Assembly: GCA_900617105.1 (NCBI GenBank) | Contig: UYFQ01000218.1 | Location: 1-64,000, forward strand | DNA length: 64,000 nt | Direction: 5' to 3' | From: Hydrurus foetidus | Lineage: Eukaryota | Translations under genes and position numbers: made by a program | Part shown: positions 23,347 through 35,400 of the stretch, in pieces | Numbering within the stretch: position 1 is the stretch's first letter | Layout: each line of letters begins with the position of its first letter | The notes under the pieces: model-generated | What the model was told of the DNA's origin: nothing | Seen by the model: the letters and a program-made list of their open reading frames with translations, nothing else | Database searches by the model: none

Positions 23347-26300
23347 ATGTGTCCAGTTGATTGCGAGGATAACTTTGATTTTGAATCCATGAATCCCGTA
23401 AACTACCCATGTTATGGGGTATCGTCTAGTCAGTTGAATTCAGATTTGTTAGCACAAAGTCAAGAAAATTATAGGCAGCTATTAAATAATACTTTAGAGG
23501 ATTTCAGTTATTGCCCAATATTGTTATCTTTAAGAAATCCATCAAAGAGCCTTATTCGGGTACATGGACTCATGGGCTTCTTTTTCCCTCGTAGAAGTAC
23601 AGGATTAGATGAACCGAATGGTAACGCACGAAAACCTACATCATTTTATTACTCAATGAATCGAGGTAATAATGAGTTTTCTGTCGAATCTTACAATTGT
23701 GCGAGGAATAAAAACTTTTCGAAGGATGAATTTTCGCCCTGCCTAGAATGTAAGAAGAACTGGAGGTCTTTTAGAAATAAAACAGCTGTAAAATACGTAA
23801 AGGAGTCAAGTCATAAAAAAATATTGGAATGTGAGAAAAAAAATACATATCACTTAATGAAGAATTTAAAGAACACGTTAAGAACAGTAAATTGAAATGG
23901 ATTTCTATTAATAAAAAAATGAATAAATTATTCAAACGGGTTTCCTATTGGAAAAAGAAATTTAAAACACTTGAAGCAGCCGTCATTCAATGGCGCAAAG
24001 TAGAAAAGGATAGAAGCGGTTTTATAACAATTAATGAAGATGATGCTACAATGTGGACTAAATTCTATGAATTTATTGATGGAAAAATAGAAAACGAACA
24101 CGAAGGTAATGAAGAAATGATTGGGTTACACAAAGAACTAATACGGTCCGAAACAAGCTATTTGGGTAAATTCAATAGTCGAAAAGATAAGAGAGGATTG
24201 AGATCAACAAAAATATCTTCGAGAATATTAAATTATTCTATATCTCTTGCAAACTCACTGGGAAGAGTTTGCTATGAAAAAGAAGCAGAAGTGAGAAATC
24301 TACCTACATGGGATACAATATCAAGGTAGCTTTCAAATACATTCTTATAAATTTAAAAATGATTTGATTTTTTACGATTATTTAATATAAACTTTTTAAC
24401 GCTTCCGAAGGCGGAAGGCTTCACTTAATTGTGATGTTGGAATTCAGTGGAAAAATCTAATACTGGCATCAGAGGAAGTTCAAAATTCCGGATTAAATAA
24501 CAAACAAGAATGTGCGCTACTCATGGATGAAATGATTATTACCAACGGAATAGTTTATTCGGTTAGGGTTATGTATGAGTTTACCAACAAAAAGTTTATG
24601 GATTGGCCGAGCTGCCATCACATGGGATAATTAATGAAATATACAGTGACTTCTATGGAATGAATAGCGATAAGCCTCAAAGCGAAGATCTGTCAAGAAT
24701 GACATATTTTGATGAATCCTCCAAAAAATTAATCGGTCATTCTGCTACAGGGCTTACACAGGTGACGAACATAAACATTACTAATAACTCTACCAAATTA
24801 TTACTATTTTTTATTTCTGATACAACTAATGAACATAAAATTCTAGTATGCTTCTAACTATAATACTAATAAAATTTATGAATACTAAAAAATTAATTTC
24901 TTTAATATGAATGTTAAAATAGGTTTGCATCGTTAACCTGACAGGGAAACAACTGGACTACTGCATCTACCAGTGCTTTACTACAACTATGAGCACAATG
25001 GACATATATAGTGTTATCTCCAAGTGTCTGTTAGCTACTGCGATGCTTCGTTTTGAGATAATTGCCATAGTTGGGGATGGGGCCCAATGCAATAGGCAGT
25101 TTCAAAACCGTTTCTTTCGTAAAACTGTGAAAATATCAAATCAGAAAATATATGAAAATGTGATGCTACATGGAGTGACCTTGAAACCAATTTTTTACAT
25201 ATCAGATCCGTCTCATATGGTTAAGAAAATTGTTTCAAGTCTATCGAGTAGTAACAGAAACATATTTATGAAAGTAGCAGATAATGAATGTCAGCTATCT
25301 TTGTCGTCCATGATGGTTCTATGGATGTCATTTAATAATAATTCTGGCCTAAATGAACATCAAGACTTTAAAATGACTGACTTTGTTAAAAATAGTTTTC
25401 AAGCCATGCGAGTCGGACCATGCATTAAGGTACACACTTGATGATGTTAGTCCTAGCAAATTTATCTGCTTGACTTCTTCATATAATAGTATCACATAAT
25501 GAATATAATAACAATATAGTATTATCATAAAAATATCTTTAATCAAACTTTTATCTATTATCAAATTTAGGTGCTAGGCCCTAAAATAATAGCAATGATT
25601 GATCGAGCACTATTATATAAGGAGAGTTTTATTGAATTCTCAATTAAATCACCAAACGACATTAATCCATTTGAGCCATACAAATATGCAGAAAAATATT
25701 GTGGTTGGAGAAATTTATGTGTCCGGTTTACAGGTCTCTTTCATATATTGAATTCAACGGAAAATAGATTAGACACGAGCGAATATATCAACAATCTAAA
25801 TTTTTTTAAAGATTTCCTTAAGTGGTTTGAATCGTGGAAATTAGAGTGTTTAGAAAGGCAGTCATTAAAATTACCTCAAAATGCAAACAGCTATCAAAAA
25901 ATGTGTGGTTTCTTCACAGCTGAAGCCACTGATGACTGTGCAACAATGGTTCAATCCATCATATAGATGACAGAATACTATTGCAATAATGATTGTGAAG
26001 GTAACATATCCAAATACTTTCTACCTAGAAGAATTAGCCAAGACTTGGTAGAAAATGGATTCTCAAGAATTAGACTAGCAATCGGGCATGGCAGGTTAGA
26101 TCATAGAACTACTGCAGCTGCTTGCACCAAAGTAAAATTTAATAAAAGAAGTCAATACAAGCGACAGAAATAGGAAAAAAAGAAATGCGAGCGGATGTGT
26201 TATAGAAAGTAAAGTGGTAAATAATAACGAAATCTCCTGTACAGAATATCCAAAGTTGCGAATGGATGAGGCGCGGTCTAGAAAAAACGTAATGTTTAAT
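23347..26300 (+). pseudogene. P-element/THAP9-like DDE transposase, intron-containing, with frameshifts and one in-frame TAG; 5' and 3' ends uncertain
   Basis: ALLMDEM (about 24516), IVGDGAQCNR, ISDPSHMVKK (DxxH) and RISQDLVENGFSRIR. GT-AG introns near 24326-24410, 24762-24922 and 25430-25570. Confidence 0.88.
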
Positions 26301-26501
26301 ACAATAATCGAGATGGACGGTGTGCTTCATCTTCGCTTCACCAATAAAAATAGTGGGTTGCAATAAATAAATCTAAAGGTAACTCCTCAGCAGATTTTTT
26401 AATTTCTAAGTTATTTTATGATTTTTTTGGTTGGCTGTGTACCAGCAGTAAAGTTGTGATAATTTTCAAAATCGTCTTTATTAAGAATTTACCATTTAAT
26501 T

Positions 26502-28034
26502 TTATGGATCATCAATTAAAATATTTGATACAAAGTTTGAATCAAATGATATCTCTTCCTGATCTGAATTTACTTCATTCAATTTTACGCTATGCATATT
26601 GCTATCATCATCATCATAATCACCATCTTCCTCTAATCCTTCTAATTCAATTAGATTATCTAACATCAAAGAAATAACTGAATTAGATACTAACTCATTA
26701 AAATTATCACACATTTCAGGTGCACTATCTGCTGGAGTTGTAGAAGACTTTTGAGATAGATGTGTACTGCATGATAATACGTGCCTGGCATACCAACCTT
26801 TACCAGAGAATGCGCGACCGCAAAGGCAAGTGTTAGACTTAATTATTGTGGTACTAGAACTACTTCTATCAAGTGCAGCACTTTTTTTTTCTGAGCATCA
26901 CCACTCAGTGTTAATAATGCTGTTCTAATTCCAGACGCGCCTGTTTTACTTAGTAGAACATTTGATAGATGTAGTTGATAAATATCTTTAGAGTACACTC
27001 TTATGAAGCCTTGTACTAAAAATTGAAATAAATAGCAAATTGGTGACTTATCTTGAGCTAAATTAATCACACCGTCGAAGCAATCTTGCAACATGTAACA
27101 TGATTGTTTAAATGCTTCTTGAACTACAACAGAATTCAATATTAGTTGATGCACGAGTTTGACGGGTTCTGAAGAATTAAATAGAATAAGAACATCTGTT
27201 GATAAAGACTGCATATATATAGCTTGCATGATCTTAATAAATTCAAAATTACCACTTCTTGCAAAATACAGACCCTCCGAATGCTGGCGAAATAATAAAT
27301 AGTTTGCTGGCAATTTGTCTTCTAATGCTATGCTAACAATAGGGATATTTTGAATTTGTGTAGTACTCATTGAAAACATATCTGTATTCACTTTTGAGGT
27401 GATTGTATTTGAGTAAATTAAATAGACGAGCACCGCACAAATACCCTGTCACGTCGTATATTTTTTCAAGCATCGTGACCGAAAAAGGATAGTTGCTGTC
27501 GTTCGGTCTCTCTTTGATAAAGTTAGAGACATGGATTCCTTTTGCTGTATGTAACCACTTCCAGAAGTTTTCATATAAGTACAGCTCCAAGAATCCAAAT
27601 AGCAGGTTGCTGTCTTCAAGTCTATTGACGCGAAATGTCCCATCTTCTACCAGCAAGAGATGATTCTTCGTACCCGTCAAGAAAGAAAACTTAACGACGT
27701 ACTTTTCGACGAGAGTTATTCTACTCAACTCAAATTTCGCAATCATGAGCTTGCCTTCTCGGTGTCTCTTCTCGAGTGGGCCAGATGTTTTCGTGACCAA
27801 GGAATTGTAAAGAATGTGATATCCTGTGGTCAATCCAAATAGAAGGGTAATGATCTCATTCGATGTAATAGGATTGGTCATGCAATCCTTAAAAAAACTG
27901 GTAAAAACTTGCTGTCGTTGAAGAAAAAACTCATCGCAGTTGAATAGAGAATGAATCGTGCTCCGGAAAATTCCTCCTTCACTCAAAAAAATATCCAAGG
28001 CCACGTGCACCATCGTATAGAGATAGATGTGCAT
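26502..28034 (-). CDS. P-element accessory ORF2: resembles the P-transposase C-terminal domain, plus a C2HC finger and acidic tail; two frameshifts
   Basis: Pieces 27333..28034, 26843..27433 and 26502..26843 join by single-base shifts, one in an A9 run. Motifs: IYDVTGYL...EGLYFA...F and CLCGRAFSGKGWYARHVLSC. Confidence 0.6.
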
Positions 28035-28114
28035 AGATGCACTATCGAGTTGGCAGCCGGGTATTTCAGCTTTGAAAATAATTGGTGAGACTGTTGTGAG
28101 GAGTCGGTTGAGTG
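26986..28114. repeat. 1,129-bp direct duplication, copy 1
   Basis: Same sequence as 31028-32156; the translated ORFs are identical. Confidence 0.95.
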
Positions 28115-28120
28115 CAAGTA

Positions 28121-31025
28121 GGGTCCAAATCTCGGTACAGGGTCACAATGATGTACAACTTTCTTTGAAAGTGTCACGGTGGAAACTGCACCAATGGCTT
28201 GAAGATATCCAATTATCTCATAAATCTCACGATCAGATTCTTTGAAATTTTGGGAGAAACATGGTAGAGGGCTTGAGAACACGGCGTCTGATTCCCTTGA
28301 CAAAATCAGAAAAGCTTGCTGAGGCGATCAGAAAAGTGACATCTACTGGATGCAGTATCAACAAGGCTGCAAAAGAAGGTGAAATCGATCGCAGATTACT
28401 GAAAAGGTGAGCGATTCTATCGTCAATCATGTTCGAGAGCGATTCCTTACGCGAAATTACTACCTGCAGGGCACTTGATCAACCAGAGAACGAACCTCTA
28501 CCTGAATGCAAGAAGGGTCGTAAGTCGATAGTTTCACGAGAGGCAATAGAGAAGACGAGGAATCACGCAGAGGAGCGTGACTTGGCCAAAGACTCAGCAA
28601 CTAGCTCAAATGTAGTGCTTGATGTTTTGGATAGTAACAGGAGGACTGAATTGGAAGACAGGGGTGGCAATAGGCTAGGCACTCTTAAAGCTATAAGCCC
28701 CAGCACAAAGAAGAGACTCATGCGTCTCATTGCGCCGAACAGAGTAAAGAGTGGAGGTGTTCAATCTACCAGCAGGCAAAGGGCTCTGATTGATCCAAGG
28801 AATGCAATTTCCTGTGCTGCAACATGGTCAGCAGTGACAACGGGTGTAGTCGATCCCCGTCAGATCCATTCCTGGGATGAGCTTAGCGTGGAGCTCAATG
28901 GATTTGGAAAGAAGAAAAAATTGTACATGACAGAAGCGGGAGCTGCAGTTTTAAAGAAGAGAAATTTAAATCCTGCAACGACTCTCAACCAGGGGAAGAG
29001 GCGAACAATCAAATTTGGCATAAGTGAGTGTTGAGTGTGTCTGAAATTTTTCTTGTATGTAATTGATTTTAAATTACATTTCGTCTACCGATTACACAAG
29101 ATACAAATGCGGACGGTGAAATTGAGTGCACAATTGTAATGATCAAAGACGATAATTTCGAGAGGCTACGATGCTTCAAGGCAAGTAACCCGATGATACA
29201 CTGCCTATCACATCTCATGCACAGAAATCAATAATGGAGGAATCATTTTTAACATGTATATCGACAGATAAAGGAATCACTTTACTGCTTCCTAGTGCCA
29301 ACGAATCAAGATGACACAGTACTCATGTCAAAAATGTGGTCGAAAGCAGTGATACCAGAGGCTAAAGTTCGTGTGGCTAGGCTAACGGCTGAAATTCTTC
29401 AGGGGGGTCCTTGGAGGAGATGCTGACGCCTCCTGAGAACGCCGTTGATGAAATAAGAATTCCTACAGAGGAAATGATGGAAAAATTAAGACAGCTATTA
29501 AGATTCATCTTCACTATGGATGGCTGCTGGGCCCAACTCAAAGCAACGTTTGAAGACATCAATGAGTTATTCAACCAGGAAGGGTTCGAGGGTTTCAAGT
29601 TTGCTGCTGCATCAACTATGGTACAGCAGCCTAATGATGTAGGACGGATGCACAGCAACATACGTGCATTCTACAAGTCAGTTGCGTATGCGAGAGAAGA
29701 CTATCACGTGCCGAACTACATGAAACCAATGGAGCAAATTCTAAGAGACAGCGGGTTACAATCTTCAAGTTTCCATACCTACTGGAAAGCACTAGCCCGC
29801 TTACCGGAGTGTCTACTGAGGTCTTGCCAGCCCACTCACGTCCGAGATGGCTTCGTCAGAGCTGGCATTTGGCCTGTAGATCACCCGACAATCATGTCAG
29901 GATGGACACCTTGGTCAGCACTACCGACAGCAAAGGCAAAGATGATACTTTCAAAGTTACCTGAATTGATTGACCTGGCGAGGAAAGGCAGACTGCTGGA
30001 CGATGAGATCGAGGCTCCGTTTGAAGGCCTCCTGACCTTCGATCCGCTCACAAGAAAATCGGACGACTGCGCTTGGAATCATACGCGATGCCTATGGACT
30101 AACAATGATGCAGTAGTCGCCGCATACATCACAACATGTGAGGCAAAAGCAGCGGAAGAAGTTAGATTGAATAACGTTCGATTAATGAGAGAAGAAAGAG
30201 CAGAAGAAGCGCGAGTACAACTGAGCGACAATATCAACTTGCCGGCAAACCTAGCTGGAAAGGAACCACCTCGGTACAAGTGCAGCAATCCAGTATGCAT
30301 TCTTACCGGCACAGCGAAGGAAAGAAAACTTTGGTCTGGCTGCAAGCGCCATCGACAGTCCAAATGCGCCCTTCTCTTCTGCACGTCTGACGTCTGTGCA
30401 GTTGTCTCTGCAAATCACCAGGTCAACTGCACGAAGTAAAGTAGATCACATCAGTTGCCACAGTTATCATGCTTATATGACACATAACAAAATTTGCCGA
30501 GTAGCGAACGAGAGCGACGATAGACAATTGAACTCTGTATATAATCTATCTGATTTGGACGAAATAACGACAATATCTGAGCTATTCTTACTTCGCCAAG
30601 GCTCTCAAAATTTTGACCCGCCAACAGCATGCCAGGAGGCAGTTGAGCTGATACCAACGCGGCCAGATTTCGCAGAAAGTTGACGCTAGATATTGAGTAA
30701 CATAGTTATTATTTAGCATAAGAATTTTTCATTTGGCTGCCATTGCGAGATTGAGCGACATCTCGACTCATCCGTTAGCTGAGGTCAACACCGACATATA
30801 ATTTGGCGTTTCTGACCTGAAAATTCGTCCGTTTAGGGAGCAACGTCGACGACTTGGCCTCATGATATTCAGATGCTATGCTCAAAAATGGCTCAAACAG
30901 AACTGCTTTTGATGCAGTATAGTCTGTAAACGTTGCACCGGAGATGCTACCTATGGAGTGATAAGTCATGGAGTACTCGAACGATAGTTGTACATCATTG
31001 TGACCCTGTACCGAGATTTGAACCC
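28121..31025 (+). mobile_element. pogo/Tc1-mariner-like DNA transposon nested in the P element
   Basis: About 40-bp TIR gggt(c/t)caaatctcggtacagggtcacaatgatgtacaact with TA on both sides, and an internal DDD transposase. Confidence 0.88.
28261..30439 (+). CDS. pogo-like transposase: N-terminal HTH, DDD core, C-terminal Cys/His finger; four exons and one frameshift near 29405
   Basis: SINKAAKEGEIDRRLL (HTH); HSWDE, FTMDG and QQPNDVG; CSNPVC...C...C...C...C..H..C. Introns at about 28407-28469, 29024-29100 and 29181-29267 (GC-AG). Confidence 0.8.
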
Positions 31026-31027
31026 TA

Positions 31028-32156
31028 CTTTAGAGTACACTCTTATGAAGCCTTGTACTAAAAATTGAAATAAATAGCAAATTGGTGACTTATCTTGAGC
31101 TAAATTAATCACACCGTCGAAGCAATCTTGCAACATGTAACATGATTGTTTAAATGCTTCTTGAACTACAACAGAATTCAATATTAGTTGATGCACGAGT
31201 TTGACGGGTTCTGAAGAATTAAATAGAATAAGAACATCTGTTGATAAAGACTGCATATATATAGCTTGCATGATCTTAATAAATTCAAAATTACCACTTC
31301 TTGCAAAATACAGACCCTCCGAATGCTGGCGAAATAATAAATAGTTTGCTGGCAATTTGTCTTCTAATGCTATGCTAACAATAGGGATATTTTGAATTTG
31401 TGTAGTACTCATTGAAAACATATCTGTATTCACTTTTGAGGTGATTGTATTTGAGTAAATTAAATAGACGAGCACCGCACAAATACCCTGTCACGTCGTA
31501 TATTTTTTCAAGCATCGTGACCGAAAAAGGATAGTTGCTGTCGTTCGGTCTCTCTTTGATAAAGTTAGAGACATGGATTCCTTTTGCTGTATGTAACCAC
31601 TTCCAGAAGTTTTCATATAAGTACAGCTCCAAGAATCCAAATAGCAGGTTGCTGTCTTCAAGTCTATTGACGCGAAATGTCCCATCTTCTACCAGCAAGA
31701 GATGATTCTTCGTACCCGTCAAGAAAGAAAACTTAACGACGTACTTTTCGACGAGAGTTATTCTACTCAACTCAAATTTCGCAATCATGAGCTTGCCTTC
31801 TCGGTGTCTCTTCTCGAGTGGGCCAGATGTTTTCGTGACCAAGGAATTGTAAAGAATGTGATATCCTGTGGTCAATCCAAATAGAAGGGTAATGATCTCA
31901 TTCGATGTAATAGGATTGGTCATGCAATCCTTAAAAAAACTGGTAAAAACTTGCTGTCGTTGAAGAAAAAACTCATCGCAGTTGAATAGAGAATGAATCG
32001 TGCTCCGGAAAATTCCTCCTTCACTCAAAAAAATATCCAAGGCCACGTGCACCATCGTATAGAGATAGATGTGCATAGATGCACTATCGAGTTGGCAGCC
32101 GGGTATTTCAGCTTTGAAAATAATTGGTGAGACTGTTGTGAGGAGTCGGTTGAGTG
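31028..32156. repeat. 1,129-bp direct duplication, copy 2 (5' part of ORF2 attached to the right TIR)
   Basis: Appears identical to 26986-28114. Confidence 0.95.
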
Positions 32157-32448
32157 GGCGGAGGGCTGGGAACCGCCCCCTCTCCTTTTATACCCCCTTG
32201 TTTCGAGGTAAACTCGGCTGCCATAAGAATGGGGCCTCACTATGTTTCAGTTACGGAGAGAGGGCTGGCGTTGCGAGAGTTCAGAAAGAAGGAACTCTAC
32301 CGCTAAAATGAAAATCTTCTGAATGGGTGATGAATTGCCTGTCAACCAACATGGATTCGTTTTGAATTGGGGCTGCGGCGAAATCAACCGCAAAGGAGGT
32401 GCCTCATCTCCGCAAATTTCCTGATCCCTCTCCCTCTCATATCTAACC

Positions 32449-35400
32449 ATGAAGGTTTCAGTAGGCCGAGCCTTCACCTTTTTGTACGGAATAATCGGAA
32501 TACTGCGATCGGCATCTATTGTGACATTTGAACTGACATCGCTGCCTACATCCCAACCATCATCGCAGCCTACATCTCGACCATCTGGACCGTCATCGCA
32601 GCCGACATCGCAGCCATCATCGCAGCCGACATCGCAGCCATCATCACAGCCGACATCTCAACCATCATCACAGCCTACATCCCAACCATCATCGCAGCCT
32701 ACGTCTCGACCATCTGGACCATCATCGCAGCCGACATCACAGCCATCATCGCAGCCGACATCGCAGCCATCATCACAGCCGACATCTCAACCATCATCAC
32801 AGCCTACATCCCAACCATCATCGCAGCCTACGTCTCGACCATCTGGACCATCATCGCAGCCGACATCACAGCCATCATCGCAGCCGACATCGCAGCCATC
32901 ATCACAGCCGACATCTCAACCATCATCACAGCCGACATCTCAGCCATCTATCGCAGCCTACATCTCGACCATCTGGACCATCATCGCAGCCGACATCTCA
33001 ACCATCATCGCGGCCATCTACTAATACATTTGAACCGTCAACGCCGCCAACTAGACTGTCAGAGTTTCCGACTGTGATACCACCCCCTCCTAATCCTGGA
33101 GGTATGATAATCTATGCACAGCGACTATTTTCCTGACACCTTATTGCGTCACCGTAGTAATTCTGACTTATCTTGCATTTTTACCCTCCCAGGTACCACT
33201 CCGACAAGCAGCGGTCGTAATGTCACTGGCATCCGAGTCTATGTGAATATAAAAATGGTGAGTTTCTCCACTTTTTGTAACAGATGAAACGGATTGTGCA
33301 TTTTTCTCTCCAACTTCAGCACACACAAAATCTAATGGAGAACTCTCGCTCTTTTGATGCACAAAACAAACCCTGTGACTCCCTAGAATGCGACAGGGAT
33401 ATCCACCATAGATGCCTTATCGAGGAATTTTTCACTAGCACTTCTCAAAAGCTTTGATATGGTGATAGGCGGTGAATTTAGAAATCTCTCAGTGATTAGA
33501 GTAACACAATTGGGAAACTCGAACTCGCTCCCTCCAAGTCACGTGCCCACCTCTACGCCAATTGCGGAACAGCCACCGTCTGGTACAGCACCATCCTCCA
33601 GTACCACCTCTCAGTCACCTGCAGGATCGTCATTACCACCACCCCCACCACCAAGTACAGCACCATCCTCCAGTAGTGCCCGCTCTCAGTCACCTGGAGG
33701 ATCGTCATTACCGCCACCACCGCCTCCATCAGGTCGGCGTTTATATGCTGTGAATACTGTCCCTTCTAATCCTGTCGCTCTTGGGATCATATGTACCATA
33801 TCACTCTTCAATGACGAAATATTCAGCTACGAGACGTACAGAGCATTTGATGGCGTTACGACGTACAACATTTCATCTATGGTAGCGAACAGCGGATTTC
33901 CAACATTCCGTATATTTTCTTTAGAACTAGTGAAGCTACGCCCACCTAATCTCCCCACACAGAGTCCGACAGAATGGCCAACATCCAGACCCACTGGTCA
34001 GCCAACAAGTTATCCAACTGGCCAACCAAGTGGTCAACCAACTAGTCAACAAAGCCTAAAATCGTCTGCCCTACCTAGTAGTCAGCCAACGAGTCAGCCA
34101 AGTGGTCAGCCGACTAGCCAACCAAGCCCAATGCCAACAAACCGAACTCATCATCCAAGTTCCAGGCCATCGTTATTTTCGACAAGATCGCCAACACAGG
34201 CTCAGTACGTGACAATACACTTTGAAGAGGTGCGCTACACAGTCCTGCACTACATTCTTGCCCCCCTGTCACTTATATTACACTCAGAACTCGTTCCGAC
34301 AGAAAACATCACATTTCTTTTTGATTATTTTGGTGTCACTTATGATTGATGCAGGTTCTCTCCGGAGTGTTACTTGCCGATGGCACTTCCACAGCATATC
34401 AAGATTTGTATCGAAGCATTGTTTCTGAAGTAACTGGTGTTTCTCTGGCTGGAATCACCATACAGAGTGTGATCGAATGGAATGATAGTACCGTGTCGAA
34501 CTGCATCTCCGTTACGTGCGTCATCGAAGGGCTCAATCTGGACTACCCGGAGATCTCAAGACTTATAACCGATGCAGTCACTAGCAGCTCCTTCACAAGT
34601 TCCCTTAGAGTACGTGGTTACAGCTCGGCCAGCACTGTTTATTGGCCAAAGTTGACTCTCGTCCCGTCATCTCCTAGTTCAGCTCCATCGGAGACTAGTG
34701 CACCAACCAAGACGTTATCTCCTAGTTCAGCTCCATCGGAGACTAGTGCACCAACCAAGACGTTATCTCCTAGTTCAGCTCCATCGGAGACTAGTGCACC
34801 AACCAAGACGTTATCTCCTAGTTCAGCTCCATCGGAGACTAGTGCACCAACCAAGACGTTATCTCCTAGTTCAGCTCCATCGGAGACTAGTGCACCAACC
34901 AAGACGTTATCTCCTAGTTCAGCTCCATCGGAGACAAGTGCACCAACCAAGACGTTATCTCCTAGTTCAGCTCCATCGGAGACAAGTGCACCAACCAAGA
35001 CGTTATCTCCTAGTTCAGCTCCATCGGAGACTGGTCCACCAACCAAGACGTCATTTCCTAGTTCAGCTCCATCGGAGACTGGTCCACCAACCAAGACGTT
35101 ATCTCCTAGTTCAGCTCCATCGGAGACTAGTACACCAACCAAGACGTTATCTCCTAGTTCAGCTCCATCGGAGACAAGTGCACCAACCAAGACGTTATCT
35201 CCTAGTTCAGCTCCATCGGAGACAAGTACACCAACCAAGACATCATTTCCTAGTTCAGCTCCATCGGAGACAAGTACACCAACCAACACGTTATCTCCTA
35301 GTTCAGCTCCATCGGAGACAAGTGCACCAACCAAGACGTTATCTCCTAGTTCAGCTCCATCGGAGACTGGTCCACCAACCAAGACGTTATCTCCTAGTTC

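Larger units (their letters stand above)
21828..32200 (+). mobile_element. P-superfamily (THAP9-like) DNA transposon, 10,373 bp, with two convergent genes
   Basis: Perfect 30-bp TIR caagggggtataaaaggagagggggcggtt (21828-21857 and 32171-32200), 7-bp TSD tttcgag (21821-21827 and 32201-32207), and P-type transposase motifs. Confidence 0.92.

Noticed and set aside
11992..30439. Numerous frameshifts as programmed recoding or an alternative genetic code
   Set aside because: Most sit in homopolymer runs or are scattered, consistent with decay or long-read indels. Host genes read normally in the standard code.
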